Shown here: positions 8,418 through 18,242 of the stretch, one piece after another
How positions within the stretch are numbered: position 1 is the first letter of the stretch
Layout of the letters: each line of letters starts with the position of its first letter
From: a virus
Length of the DNA: 64,000 bases
Reading direction: 5' to 3' (one strand)
IMG/VR virus record: IMGVR_UViG_3300025887_000010
Location: 1-64,000 of that record
Made by a program: the position numbers and the translations under genes
Notes under the pieces: model-generated
What the model was told of the DNA's origin: nothing
Seen by the model: the letters and a program-made list of their open reading frames with translations, nothing else
Database searches by the model: none

Positions 8418-9697
8418 CCTACAGAATCCTTGAATGCTTGAATCGTTGCGACATACTGTGAGTTCGGAAAGAAATCATGCTTGATGGCATCGATCACATA
8501 GTTGCCTGACAGATACTCGTCAGATTGTTGAAAATCTAGTGAGTTTGAGAAGCCTGGAATTCGCACATCGTACTTTTGACCGACATTGAGATCGAAGTGA
8601 CCAGGAACTCGTCCATGGATCACGAAGTTCTTCATTTGTTGCTTCTTTGAGTTGTGTGCTGCAATCTTCGTCTCATAACGGGACTGCTCACTCTCTTGAG
8701 AGAAGAGACCGTTGTGTCGAAAGACAGTCGTCCACATCGAATCAGCACCAACCTCAGCATCAAAGATCGAAATGGGTTTTGAACCGAGGTGTTCGGTGTC
8801 ATCGAATGACTCGGCATAGTCGTAAAGGCTGTCTTCTTCCTTGCGTTCGAACAGGTCGATCATCTGCACTCGAGTCTTGAACATGCCTGACGAAAGGTTC
8901 TCAAGAGTGCTTGAAGTCTTCATGACCTTGAAGTCGAGAAACGAATAGAGATGTCGAGTCATGCGAGTGTCATTTGTCAACGAAAGATTTCCGTCAACAC
9001 TCGACTTGTTTGCCAACCACCGATAAGTCTGCCGAGCGGGAGTCTTGTACAGCAGATCGACAGGGACATGGAACATCTCACCATTGATGGTCATGAACGT
9101 CACGTAAGGAGAGTTCTCGAACACATCCGAGAATGAACGTTTCGTTAACCATGAGATCGATTTCAATGGTCGCCAGTTTGGTATGATGCCACAGATTTCT
9201 TGAGCTGTAGCTGACGATTTCAGTTCGTTCGGAAAGTCGAGCTCTTTCAGTATGGCATCGATTTCGTTCTCAGCCTGTTGATTGATGATGGCTCGAGAGA
9301 TCGAATTTGAATGAGATCGAATGACGTGTTCAGATGTTCCGTGAATGGTGTATGTGATCGACGACGGAGAAGTTGGTGCACGATCAGTGATCTTGGTGAC
9401 TCGAAACTTGAGTGTTCGGTCATTTCCAAGGCAGTCTCTTGTTAAGACTTCGACTTTCTCTCCACCCTCGATGGGAAAAGTGCTTGGTAGGTTCTGAGTG
9501 TCGACAATCAGAAATTCGGCAGTCAGGTACGGATTCGAAAGGTTCTCATATACTGTGAAGCCGAGCAGTTTCTCAGGAATCGAAATGGTGCCATTCTCAC
9601 CTTCAAGTGTGAAGTCCAAAACCTTGTAGTCCCCGGGATTCGTGAGAACCACCGGGGTGACAGGACCATCATTAAATGATGAGATGAAGTCAACCAT
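8414..9697 (-). CDS. baseplate hub protein (gp27-like)
   Basis: VYENL..PYLTA...D..N.....PI.GGEKV and VPG.F.L.VG...D.YLSGNYVI.AIKH patterns; adjacent to gp5. Confidence 0.75.
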   Translation of the reverse strand: MVDFISSFNDGPVTPVVLTNPGDYKVLDFTLEGENGTISIPEKLLGFTVYENLSNPYLTAEFLIVDTQNLPSTFPIEGGEKVEVLTRDCLGNDRTLKFRVTKITDRAPTSPSSITYTIHGTSEHVIRSHSNSISRAIINQQAENEIDAILKELDFPNELKSSATAQEICGIIPNWRPLKSISWLTKRSFSDVFENSPYVTFMTINGEMFHVPVDLLYKTPARQTYRWLANKSSVDGNLSLTNDTRMTRHLYSFLDFKVMKTSSTLENLSSGMFKTRVQMIDLFERKEEDSLYDYAESFDDTEHLGSKPISIFDAEVGADSMWTTVFRHNGLFSQESEQSRYETKIAAHNSKKQQMKNFVIHGRVPGHFDLNVGQKYDVRIPGFSNSLDFQQSDEYLSGNYVIDAIKHDFFPNSQYVATIQAFKDSVG

Positions 9698-10026
9698 TAG
9701 AATTCGGCTTCAAGCATTCCGCTCTTGTTGATGAAGACATATACTTTGCCGCCATCTGATTTGTCGTCTCTGGGACTCTCGAATGTGATACTAAACACGG
9801 CGTTCTTTCCGGTGATGCCTTGATACTTCATATTGTAGATGTCATACGCCTTTGTCTTGTAGCCAGTTGCAGTCAAGACTTCAGCAAGCTCTTTCTCTTT
9901 CCACTTTGAAATAGTTGGTTCAAGAAGCTTCATGACATCCATTCCAACTGCTTCATTGAACGATTTTTCGGTTTTGCCTTCAAGCACGTTCTTGATGGTA
10001 TTGTGTAGGCTATTGTGTAGGCTCAT
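9697..10026 (-). CDS. putative internal head protein
   Basis: N-terminal LHNTIKNVLE...FNE. Confidence 0.5.
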   Translation of the reverse strand: MSLHNSLHNTIKNVLEGKTEKSFNEAVGMDVMKLLEPTISKWKEKELAEVLTATGYKTKAYDIYNMKYQGITGKNAVFSITFESPRDDKSDGGKVYVFINKSGMLEAEF

Positions 10027-10606
10027 TTCGCTTTTTCCTTCTAGGTTTGCGCTTATTTTTCAGATTGTATGACTTGCAGTTCAACATGGCAAGAGAATCA
10101 ACAACGTCTGATGCAGGTGATGCACCCTTGTCGCAACCAACTCGATCATGGACATAGAAGCCTAACTTCTTGAACCATGCATCTGCCATTTGCTCTTTCT
10201 TCGCAGCACCAGTTCCGGCAAATTCCTTTTTTGCAGTCATCGGTGAAACAATTCGAATCTCCCAACCAAGCATCGCCAATGCGACCTTCATCACACCAGT
10301 GTTTTCAGCGATCAAAGTGAGATTGCCTTTTGAACCGAGGCTGTACCCCTCGATATACGCAATTCCTGGGGTGAGGTGCTTGATCTCTTGAATGAGAATG
10401 TGAGTTAGATGACCAAACATCTGCAATTGGTTGTGACCGGATTTCTTCGGTCCGTACCAAATACCTTTGATCGTGATGTCGCCCTCCTTGTAGATTCCTT
10501 CATACTTCGGTTCACGATTGATGAAGAAGAAGTCCTTGCCGTTGATGCAGACGGCAGGACTTGATGTGCTGTAGTCGATTCCGAGAATGTTCTGTGGTTC
10601 TTCCAT
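10010..10606 (-). CDS. RuvC-like Holliday junction resolvase
   Basis: ILGIDYSTSSPA, IEGYS, SPMTAKK..AGTGAAKKEQM, DVVDS acidic catalytic pattern. Confidence 0.85.
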   Translation of the reverse strand: MEEPQNILGIDYSTSSPAVCINGKDFFFINREPKYEGIYKEGDITIKGIWYGPKKSGHNQLQMFGHLTHILIQEIKHLTPGIAYIEGYSLGSKGNLTLIAENTGVMKVALAMLGWEIRIVSPMTAKKEFAGTGAAKKEQMADAWFKKLGFYVHDRVGCDKGASPASDVVDSLAMLNCKSYNLKNKRKPRRKKRNEPTQ

Positions 10607-10661
10607 GTGTATTTTAACATGGACAAGCGCAAGATTTTTGACTTAAGGCCACATACAGGAA

Positions 10662-10973
10662 CTAGATAAAGTCGACATGAAAGTCGTAGTGGTAGACAAG
10701 ATAAAGACAATCATCGTTCAGCTTTTTTCCAAGCTTTAAAGGCACATATTCGTAGCCTTCACACTTCATCCATGCAGCAAATTGTCTACCCCTTTCATAA
10801 TTTATGACTGAATCTATTCTAACGAACTCATCGATATTTCGCCAAGGCTTCAATTTCATACCTTCACGATACCCAATTCCAAATGCTCTTGTTAGAGCTA
10901 TCGATTTCACGGTAGTTTCTTCATGATCGTATTGGTGTCTTTCGAGTTCATCTTGTTCTTCGTGAACTACCAT
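10662..10973 (-). CDS. hypothetical early protein, paralog of 11140-11481
   Basis: YERGRQFAAWMK...LKLGKKLN; own early promoter (11001-11029) and AAGGAG RBS. Confidence 0.75.
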   Translation of the reverse strand: MVVHEEQDELERHQYDHEETTVKSIALTRAFGIGYREGMKLKPWRNIDEFVRIDSVINYERGRQFAAWMKCEGYEYVPLKLGKKLNDDCLYLVYHYDFHVDFI

Positions 10974-11000
10974 TCTGGAGTCTCCTTTGTTTATAGTTCA

Positions 11001-11029
11001 ATTATAGAATATCGTAGCTCAAAAGTACA
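11001..11029 (-). promoter_or_regulatory. early promoter with full leader
   Basis: TGTACT-N17-TATAAT then GAACTATAAACAAAGGAG. Confidence 0.85.
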
Positions 11030-11139
11030 CAACTTATTTTTTGTAATTTTTGACAATTGCGATAATGAAGGGGAGGGGTTCACACATCATTCGCCCACGA
11101 AATAACTCATGGGCGAAAGACTTTCACTTTCACTTTCAC

Positions 11140-11481
11140 TTATTCGGGAACAAAACCGAATGAGATCATGCAGAAATCTTTGAAGCGAGGTTCAACCCAC
11201 TTATTCAATTTCTGTCCTGTTTTCAGCCGGACATTCGCGTACCCGTAAGCTTTCATGTAGGCAGCAAATTGGCGACCATACACATAAAACCTATGAGCAT
11301 CTGCATCATCTGGCCATGGATTTCCAGCCATGAAATCCTTGAAACCACGATTGAAGACTTCTCGTCTAAGAGATTTCTTCACAGGTACTGGCTTCACCAT
11401 CATATGGTCATTGCTCAAAATGTCAATGACCACAAGTTCCTTTCCTTTTTCAGCAGTAGTCTTCTTCGCTTTGGTTTTCAT
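11140..11481 (-). CDS. hypothetical early protein (start MKTKAKK), paralog of 10662-10973
   Basis: YVYGRQFAAYMK...LKTGQKLN; early promoter at 11522-11550. Confidence 0.75.
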   Translation of the reverse strand: MKTKAKKTTAEKGKELVVIDILSNDHMMVKPVPVKKSLRREVFNRGFKDFMAGNPWPDDADAHRFYVYGRQFAAYMKAYGYANVRLKTGQKLNKWVEPRFKDFCMISFGFVPE

Positions 11482-11559
11482 TTGACTTACCCCAGTTTTG
11501 GTTAAAATTGGTAGTAATTTAAGTATATAATAGGTGGACTCAGAAGTACACAACTATTT

Positions 11560-11660
11560 TCATGTAACCTGAAGTTATCTGGGTTACATAATAAGTTTGA
11601 CTATATAATATACATCAATCTCTACGAAGGTACTCAGAGAGTCACAGGTTTAACCGGTGA
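11560..11660. repeat. quasi-palindromic intergenic element, copy C
   Basis: core TTGACTATATAATATACATCAA (11597-11618) with ACCTG...CTGRGT boxes on both arms. Confidence 0.75.
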
Positions 11661-11766
11661 AGCATCTGGAAGTCATTATTGTATCACAGAGTATGGAACA
11701 AACACTATACAACATTCTGACACCGAAGTACACAACTTTGTTGCAAATTGAGCAATAAAATTTGAT

Positions 11767-11958
11767 CTACGATGTACGCTCGATGTCCCAGAAGTCCCCC
11801 TTTGTGACTTGACCGATTTCAAGTGTCATGATGACCTTCTCCCAGTACCAACTCATATCGTCTGTCGCGCTCGTCTTGCGACTAAGTCCAGGTGGAGGAT
11901 TTTCGTCGTCAAATTCCGAGACTTTTCCATTCCACATAGTTTTCGTAAATGTTCTCAT
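11767..11958 (-). CDS. hypothetical protein
   Basis: ATGA overlap with the upstream gene. Confidence 0.55.
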   Translation of the reverse strand: MRTFTKTMWNGKVSEFDDENPPPGLSRKTSATDDMSWYWEKVIMTLEIGQVTKGDFWDIERTS

Positions 11959-12185
11959 TGTCCATAGCCTTTCTTCACCTTCTCGATCAATTCAATCGAC
12001 GTGATGATTTCGCATTTTGCTTCGATCTCTTTTATTCGACGCTTTGGAATGTCGTAATGCTTGTAGGAGTGATACCAGCAACGTTTGATTCCAAGTTCTT
12101 CCGCCATCCTGTGGAGATTCGCAATCGAATACGGCTCACAGATGAGATGACGTCTTCGATCTGTGAAATAGACGAGATCAATCAT
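11955..12185 (-). CDS. DUF4031-like protein
   Basis: LHRMAEELGIKRCWY...HYDI pattern. Confidence 0.6.
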   Translation of the reverse strand: MIDLVYFTDRRRHLICEPYSIANLHRMAEELGIKRCWYHSYKHYDIPKRRIKEIEAKCEIITSIELIEKVKKGYGQ

Positions 12186-12517
12186 TTTCCATACGGGCTT
12201 TCTGAAAAGAGAGACTCACCAACTTAAATTGTGATAGTTGGTTTGTAGTCATTTGTTATAGTTAGATTATAGACTACAGAAGAATGAAAGTACACTACAG
12301 AGTTTTCTTCCTGAAAGCTATCATTGCAGATTTAAGCTTGTTGAGGTTTTCGATCCTCTTTTCGTGGAATTGATTGACTCGTCAATCATGCAGATTTCGT
12401 TATCAACCATTTCTGTAGATATGGCCATATCGTTTTGGAAGATGTCTCCAAGAGAAGCATCAAGCTTTCTGGACACCTCGAACATTATGCATCTACGCGT
12501 CAACCTACGAGTCAAAA

Positions 12518-12850
12518 TTACTGTTCCTTCATTGAGAGATTGTCGATGATCTCGATCAACGCAATCATGAGCAACGATCTTCCATGACTGTGTTCAGATG
12601 TGTTTGTTCTTCCATTATGGAAAAGCTCAGCAGTCCATGCATCGTCGAATAGAGAAAGCTCGATGGTTGTGCACCCTGGAAGTTCTCTTTTGATGAAATC
12701 GAAGGCAGAATCAGATGATCCCGTGTATGCCTTGTAGGCAAGCATTGCTGATGTCGCACTTGAAAAATAGTGCGCGAAGTCTATAGTGAGAAGTTTGTCA
12801 CCAGCAATGACTCGATTCCTGAGCTCAATGATATCTTCTTTAGTCGTCAT
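12518..12850 (-). CDS. hypothetical protein
   Basis: 110-aa ORF, tightly packed operon. Confidence 0.6.
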   Translation of the reverse strand: MTTKEDIIELRNRVIAGDKLLTIDFAHYFSSATSAMLAYKAYTGSSDSAFDFIKRELPGCTTIELSLFDDAWTAELFHNGRTNTSEHSHGRSLLMIALIEIIDNLSMKEQ

Positions 12851-13064
12851 GTTCTTTATCCTTCATGTCAATAGGAGCTTCCAATTCTGGTCTCCAGTGT
12901 GTTGGTGTAGGCATATCAAATGTGAAGTTTGTGCCGATTATTGAAGTGACATTTTTGGATTTTCTCATCGGGAAGATGTGATTTCCGAATTTAGGAATTT
13001 TAAGCCAAACGAGAAAATTTCCTTCATCAGGAGCAGTCGAAAATGGAAGCCATTCATTGTTCAT
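12840..13064 (-). CDS. DUF551-like small phage protein
   Basis: WLPFSTAP...PTHWRP pattern. Confidence 0.6.
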   Translation of the reverse strand: MNNEWLPFSTAPDEGNFLVWLKIPKFGNHIFPMRKSKNVTSIIGTNFTFDMPTPTHWRPELEAPIDMKDKEHDD

Positions 13065-13960
13065 AGTGTTTTCTCCTTTTCGGAATTTGTGATTTCAATC
13101 AGAAAATCCCTAAATTCATCACCTAGATCGATTCGTTGCAATGCAAGCGAAACAGTTGCCTTCAGAAATCCGATTTTGGATCCGCAATCAAACCTTGTTC
13201 CATCAAATACGAATGGTCTAACTACAACTTTCGGATCGAGAGAGGAAATCTTGCATTGAAGATTGATGGCGTCCGTCAGTTGATACTCTCCACCTGATCC
13301 AGGTTTGATATGACCCAGATGGCTAAGAATCTGAGGATCGAGAATATATCGACCAACAGCTGCAAGATTTGAAGGTGCATTACCAGGCGCAGGCTTTTCA
13401 ACCATTCCTACAGTATTGCCATTGTGAGTGTCCATGACACCATACTTCGAGAGTTCTTCAGGATCGTTCATTCTCATGCATGCGATCATCGTTCCACCAT
13501 CGTAAGCATCAACCATCTGTTTCATACAACCATTATCACCAATCCCATCATTCTGAATGATGTCGTCAGGAAGTATTACTGCAAAAGGTTCGTTCTTGAT
13601 GAGATGTCGAGCACAATAGATTGCATTCCCAAGACCGATCGGATCAGATTGACGAACATAAGCGATAGATCCGCTTTCCATCTCAATACCTTTCAGCATT
13701 TTGAGTATGTCGTCTTTACCCTTGCTGCTCAAAGCCTCATTCAATTCTGGTGATCGATCGAAGTAGTCTTCAAGAGAGCTCTTTCCACGAGAAGTTACAA
13801 AGATGAACTCACTGATTCCTGCTTCTCTCGCTTCATCAATCGCATACTGAATGAGAGGTTGATCGATGAGATTGAGTATCTCTTTTGGAATGGATTTTGT
13901 TGCTGGCAAAAATCGAGTTCCTAGTCCCGCTACGGGGAATACGGCTTTAGTTACCTTCAT
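13061..13960 (-). CDS. galU: UTP--glucose-1-phosphate uridylyltransferase
   Basis: KAVFPVAGLGTRFLPATKSIPKE, RQ..P.GLG.AI, EPFAVILPDD, VEKP, GRYIL, QLTDAI, RFDCGSK.GFL. Confidence 0.97.
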   Translation of the reverse strand: MKVTKAVFPVAGLGTRFLPATKSIPKEILNLIDQPLIQYAIDEAREAGISEFIFVTSRGKSSLEDYFDRSPELNEALSSKGKDDILKMLKGIEMESGSIAYVRQSDPIGLGNAIYCARHLIKNEPFAVILPDDIIQNDGIGDNGCMKQMVDAYDGGTMIACMRMNDPEELSKYGVMDTHNGNTVGMVEKPAPGNAPSNLAAVGRYILDPQILSHLGHIKPGSGGEYQLTDAINLQCKISSLDPKVVVRPFVFDGTRFDCGSKIGFLKATVSLALQRIDLGDEFRDFLIEITNSEKEKTL

Positions 13961-13962
13961 GT

Positions 13963-14280
13963 TCAGAGTCCTTTGGTTTGTTCATATTGAATTGGTGGAG
14001 AAGTGTTTTCATCAATTGTCAGAAACGGGGCAATCTTCTGAAACCGATCATCAAGGAATTCCTTGCGATCACGAGCAATAGGGATAGGGATTGGAATTTG
14101 TTCCTTCGGTAAATGAGACGTAAAGTACGGCAGGATTCCATGCGCTTTCGAGCCTACAGAAACAAACAAACCTATAACCCTGTACATCTTTCCAGTCTTG
14201 AGATGCAGCCAGAGTGTGCCTTCACTCACGTCCAAATTCTCCGTGTGTTCTTCCTTCGATTGAATGATTCGATAATTCAT
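13963..14280 (-). CDS. DUF1653-like protein (true start probably downstream of 14280)
   Basis: WLHLKTGKMYRV...Y...AR...EFLD.RF; the listed ATG overlaps the -10 of the promoter at 14279-14307. Confidence 0.5.
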   Translation of the reverse strand: MNYRIIQSKEEHTENLDVSEGTLWLHLKTGKMYRVIGLFVSVGSKAHGILPYFTSHLPKEQIPIPIPIARDRKEFLDDRFQKIAPFLTIDENTSPPIQYEQTKGL

Positions 14281-14317
14281 TATAACACACGATCGAAGGA
14301 ATGTACACAGTTTTGTT

Positions 14318-15529
14318 CTAGAACCACTCAGTGAATCGAGCTGATTGGCCGTAGGTGGGATGATGCAGGAACACTTCTACACCTTGACGATTTACAAAAC
14401 CAAATTTGCTGTGCCAGCTGTCAGGTGCAGAAGGTGAACGAACGTGTTCCATCTGGAGGTGTGTACCAGACGCAGTGTTTGGAGAACCTGATGAGATCGC
14501 TGTGATTCCGACGTGGTCCTTTTCAGATATGAAAGTGTCGACACCTCTGCGTTGTCGTATCTTGTGGTGAACATGGTGAATGTACGAATAAAGGTGATCA
14601 CATTTGCCGATCAACTGTTTTGCTTCGGAGACGAACAGACCGTAGAGCTTCTCTTCTTTCGCATTGTCGCCATGAGTCAACTGAATCGCATTTTGCTCGA
14701 AGCCATAGTATTTGCGATCGAGCGAGCTCAAGTTGTATTCAGACGCATTGACGGTAGGCCAATTTTCAAATCGCGATGCAATGTCCTGACTGAGACACCA
14801 ACCTGATCGATAGTCGTGGTTTGACATGACGTGCACCAAATCGACATCAGCCACTTTCGCACACTCCTTAATGGCGTCGATAGTTGCAGCCTTTGCGTCA
14901 CTGTAGACCTGAAAAAAGGAACCGTCGGTATCTTGATCGGTTCCTCGTGTGGATCGTTTGCCGTCTTCTGTGTGGAGAATGTCGTTCCCCATTACAAATA
15001 GGATTCGTGAGATGCCAAATGGCTTTGCCTTCTTCAAGAGTGCTTTCGTTCCTTCGATCACTCGGTGACGAGCAACCTGTCGATTGTATACGTATCCAGT
15101 TTCACTCTTTACACAAAGCTTACCGAAGTGTACGTCAGCAAGATCAACAACTAGAAGGTGATCGCCAAGAGCGAGTTCGCTTCGTGGTTCGTAAGGGATT
15201 GCACCATCAGATTTCGAATCATCGATGGCTTGGAGGATCATAGTTTCGAATGATATTTTCTCGTGGGTTTCAGGGTTCTTGATGAACAGACTGTAACCGT
15301 TTCCGTCTTCGTCTTTCTGTATCTGCCAAAAGTGACCTAAATTTCGAGGATCGTCGAGGTTGCCTACTTTCGCAGCCCTTCTGATTTCATCGGGTGCATC
15401 ATTCCATGCTTTAGCCTTTGCAATGTCCCGCTCAACTGACCGAAGTGATATTCCTGTCTTTATACTAATCTCAGCATTTGAGTAACCTTCGGTTCTCAAT
15501 GCATAAGTTTTCTCATAGCGTTTTGTCAT
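14318..15529 (-). CDS. N-terminal HTH plus calcineurin-like metallophosphoesterase
   Basis: G.S.AEIS..TGIS..SVER HTH; DVHFG, GNDILH, SNHD, THGD, HHVHH metal motifs. Confidence 0.75.
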   Translation of the reverse strand: MTKRYEKTYALRTEGYSNAEISIKTGISLRSVERDIAKAKAWNDAPDEIRRAAKVGNLDDPRNLGHFWQIQKDEDGNGYSLFIKNPETHEKISFETMILQAIDDSKSDGAIPYEPRSELALGDHLLVVDLADVHFGKLCVKSETGYVYNRQVARHRVIEGTKALLKKAKPFGISRILFVMGNDILHTEDGKRSTRGTDQDTDGSFFQVYSDAKAATIDAIKECAKVADVDLVHVMSNHDYRSGWCLSQDIASRFENWPTVNASEYNLSSLDRKYYGFEQNAIQLTHGDNAKEEKLYGLFVSEAKQLIGKCDHLYSYIHHVHHKIRQRRGVDTFISEKDHVGITAISSGSPNTASGTHLQMEHVRSPSAPDSWHSKFGFVNRQGVEVFLHHPTYGQSARFTEWF

Positions 15530-15579
15530 GAATTGTTCCTTCTACTCACGTATTTTGACAGAGCAGTCAGATCAATTAA

Positions 15580-15994
15580 TCACAGATGAACATACATGTC
15601 AATGGTGCTGTTCTTTGTTCGATAGAGAACCCATTTGACGGTACCGTTGACGACCTTTTTCTTCACACGGATGAATAGTGGGTGCCATTTCCCTGATGCC
15701 GCTATCATTTCTTGACTGTGAAAGCCAGGGATTTGGTCTGCGTCTACATGGATGTGGAATTCGCTAGGAACCATTCGAATATTCCATTTTCCATGAAAAC
15801 CCAGCTGTGGAAAGGAAGAGTTGAGCGTCATGTCGGAAACTGTCCACGATGATCTTTTCTCCACTTTCTGTTCGACCAACCCATGGGGATATGGTTTTAT
15901 CAGGGTTAATGTTTGAAGCAATACTTTCACGCTTGAGGATTACCAGTTCACCTTCAAACTTAGGCAAACGAGTAGTGAGCAATCTTCTTCCCAT
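15580..15994 (-). CDS. hypothetical protein split over two frames (possible +1 frameshift at GGG TTT T)
   Basis: ORF 15764-15994 and ORF 15580-15930 join as ...LFLSTAGF/HGKWNIRM... Confidence 0.45.
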
Positions 15995-16003
15995 TTTCTT
16001 CTC

Positions 16004-16330
16004 CTATCCGATGAACACACAGCTACCAAGGCGAGTGACAGAGATTTTGCCAGTATCCTGTCCATTATCAGCCTTGATCTTGTTGAATCGAACGAAGTCA
16101 TTCAGAATTTCCTGAACTTGACGAGCGCTTGCAGACAATGTCGAGCTGTGATCGTATCCACGAATTTGTTCATTGGATTCATTCAACTCAGTGACAAGAC
16201 TGATATTGTAGTGAATGAAAAACTTGACCTTCCGAATACGGCGAATGAAGTTTTTTGCATCTACTGGGTCCAAGAAGACCTCCACTTGATCTTCAGTGAC
16301 CTTCATGAGTGGTTCATAGTCTTTTGACAT
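16004..16330 (-). CDS. hypothetical early protein
   Basis: early promoter 16360-16388 and AAGGA RBS. Confidence 0.75.
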   Translation of the reverse strand: MSKDYEPLMKVTEDQVEVFLDPVDAKNFIRRIRKVKFFIHYNISLVTELNESNEQIRGYDHSSTLSASARQVQEILNDFVRFNKIKADNGQDTGKISVTRLGSCVFIG

Positions 16331-16418
16331 GATGTGTTCCTTTGTTTCTTTATAGTTTTAGAATATCATACGGGAGACCCGATGTACACTACTTTGTCAA
16401 CATTTTTGCAAAAAATGT

Positions 16419-16748
16419 TCACTCGATTTCGAAGAAGTCTTCAAAGAGAGTATTTGCGAATATAATGTCTGTGCAGTCTGACAAAAGATCTTGCATTTCA
16501 CGATGTTCGCCATCAGCAATTACACCAAGCTGGCTATTTGTCTTCTTCGACAACACAAACTCTAATTCTGTCAACTCAAAGATCGACTTATTCGAAATGA
16601 TTCGAACAACCTCTCTCATGAAGTGTTCTTCAGTGCATTCTCGATTGATCATACCGTTACTGTATGCAATATTGAGAGCGACCTTGATGATCTTTGGGAA
16701 ACTCGACTTGCACATTTCCATCAGACTGCTTGTCAGATTTTTGTTCAT
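16419..16748 (-). CDS. hypothetical protein
   Basis: 109-aa ORF abutting the upstream stop. Confidence 0.55.
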   Translation of the reverse strand: MNKNLTSSLMEMCKSSFPKIIKVALNIAYSNGMINRECTEEHFMREVVRIISNKSIFELTELEFVLSKKTNSQLGVIADGEHREMQDLLSDCTDIIFANTLFEDFFEIE

Positions 16749-16919
16749 TTACCTATGCCCTTTGTTGCGAATCACGTGAGCTGCAAGGATTGACAATCCC
16801 AATGGCAACCCCAGTATCATTCCTATATCTCGTCGAAGTAGAGGCTTCTTGGAGTTTGATTCCAATTTTGCCTTCTCAATTTGAGCCTGCTTGCGCTTAT
16901 TCGGTTTACGCTTCTTCAT
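16749..16919 (-). CDS. 56-aa basic protein with hydrophobic segment (not in ORF track)
   Basis: GGAG RBS; MKKRKPNKRKQAQIEKAKLESNSKKPLLRRDIGMILGLPLGLSILAAHVIRNKGHR. Confidence 0.55.
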   Translation of the reverse strand: MKKRKPNKRKQAQIEKAKLESNSKKPLLRRDIGMILGLPLGLSILAAHVIRNKGHR

Positions 16920-17386
16920 GATAATTCTCCATTTTTTGTCAATTCTGTTAGCGCAATTTCGATAGAGTCAAGAAGAGCTTGCTTATCACTGAGATTTGTT
17001 AGTCCAGATTTCTCGAAAACATACTTTATCGTGAGTGGACCCACTTCGTATTCTCTGGTTTTGGCGATCTCTTTGTAGTATGGATGATCTGCTCGCATAC
17101 GATACCATACGATCTCTTCCCATACCGGTGAATGATTGCGACCCCAACCACTTCCATCAGATGTGAGATAAACGACAACATCAGAGATATCATGTCGTGT
17201 ACCACCGATGGAATTGAATTGAATGTGATCTGGTCGTTTCCGTTTGCACCCATGAAAAACCCAAGGACCCCATCTGCGGAAATCGGTATTCGCGATAGGC
17301 ATCCAATCTGATGGAGGAGGTCGATTGTTTTCGGTGAAGCTCTGGTGATCTATCATGACATCTTCCTTATCGCTATTACTTGACAT
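16916..17386 (-). CDS. hypothetical protein (start MSSNSDK)
   Basis: GGAG RBS; W.PI and YRMR patterns of small phage proteins. Confidence 0.55.
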   Translation of the reverse strand: MSSNSDKEDVMIDHQSFTENNRPPPSDWMPIANTDFRRWGPWVFHGCKRKRPDHIQFNSIGGTRHDISDVVVYLTSDGSGWGRNHSPVWEEIVWYRMRADHPYYKEIAKTREYEVGPLTIKYVFEKSGLTNLSDKQALLDSIEIALTELTKNGELS

Positions 17387-17726
17387 TTTGTTCTCCAAAT
17401 GAAATTCTTTCGTCGAGGATGAATTCTCGAATGACCTCAGCGTGACATGGTTTTGGGTGACAAAAGCAACCAAGCTTGATGACCTCGCCTCCTTTTGCTC
17501 TCATTCTCAAATCCTTGAGAGCATTCACAACGATATTGTTCTTGTTCTCAATTTGAAATGTGAGCCATTCACGATAAGCAAATATTGCCAGCTCTCTGGT
17601 TTTTCGATATTTGGCGCCATGGGATTTTTTACTCAAGTGACTGAATGGATTCCCCAGTGGATGGCCTCTGCCTACATAATCACTGTATGGTTCTCCAAGG
17701 CGTTTGTTTGCGATGAATATTTCCAC
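17376..17726 (-). CDS. DUF4326-like protein
   Basis: YVGRGHPLGNPF...AI.AY..WL...LGCFCHPKPCHAEVI. Confidence 0.8.
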   Translation of the reverse strand: MEIFIANKRLGEPYSDYVGRGHPLGNPFSHLSKKSHGAKYRKTRELAIFAYREWLTFQIENKNNIVVNALKDLRMRAKGGEVIKLGCFCHPKPCHAEVIREFILDERISFGEQNVK

Positions 17727-17765
17727 CTGGTTGATTCCTTAGTGTCCAGAGTTTCGACGTGAGGA

Positions 17766-18242
17766 CTATTCCACGCTGTAGGATAGTCCAAATACGAGAC
17801 CAATTTCGTCATCTTTCCAGTCATAGCTCGGTGTGATGCGAACTGTGAAATCTTCATCGACGTATGCAACACCGAACAATCCTACGAGACCGATATCCTG
17901 AAATGGTCCTGGTGCAAATTCGTAATACCCAGTTCCAAGACCTCCGTAAAATCCCCATCCAAGACCGTCGTGACCATTGTAGGTTGCGACAGCATAAACT
18001 GTCAAATCGTCAAAGCTGTTCAGAAAAAAGCCGTATTCCATGAAGCCTAGTGGATATTTCTCAACTCGACATCCCAAACCGAAGTTGATTTCCCGGACAT
18101 CTTTGATCAGGTTTCGATCAGTGTGGTACGACAATCCGTGAACAACCACATTGTCGCACAATGAGTCGTCATAATCAGTGGATGCAGCCACAGTTGAAGT
18201 TATCAGGGTGAATGTAGCAGTAGCAAAAAGAGTTTTGAGCAT
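17766..18242 (-). CDS. exported PagP-like outer-membrane beta-barrel
   Basis: signal peptide; GLSYH...EINFGLG...YGFFLNSF...GLGTGY beta-strand pattern; own early promoter 18270-18298. Confidence 0.6.
   Translation of the reverse strand: MLKTLFATATFTLITSTVAASTDYDDSLCDNVVVHGLSYHTDRNLIKDVREINFGLGCRVEKYPLGFMEYGFFLNSFDDLTVYAVATYNGHDGLGWGFYGGLGTGYYEFAPGPFQDIGLVGLFGVAYVDEDFTVRITPSYDWKDDEIGLVFGLSYSVE

Noticed and set aside
11597-11618. FNR/CRP site or sigma70 promoter as explanation of the TTGAC...ATCAA core
   Set aside because: The half-sites are 12 nt apart, not 4 as for FNR, and no -10 box lies 17 nt after TTGACA.
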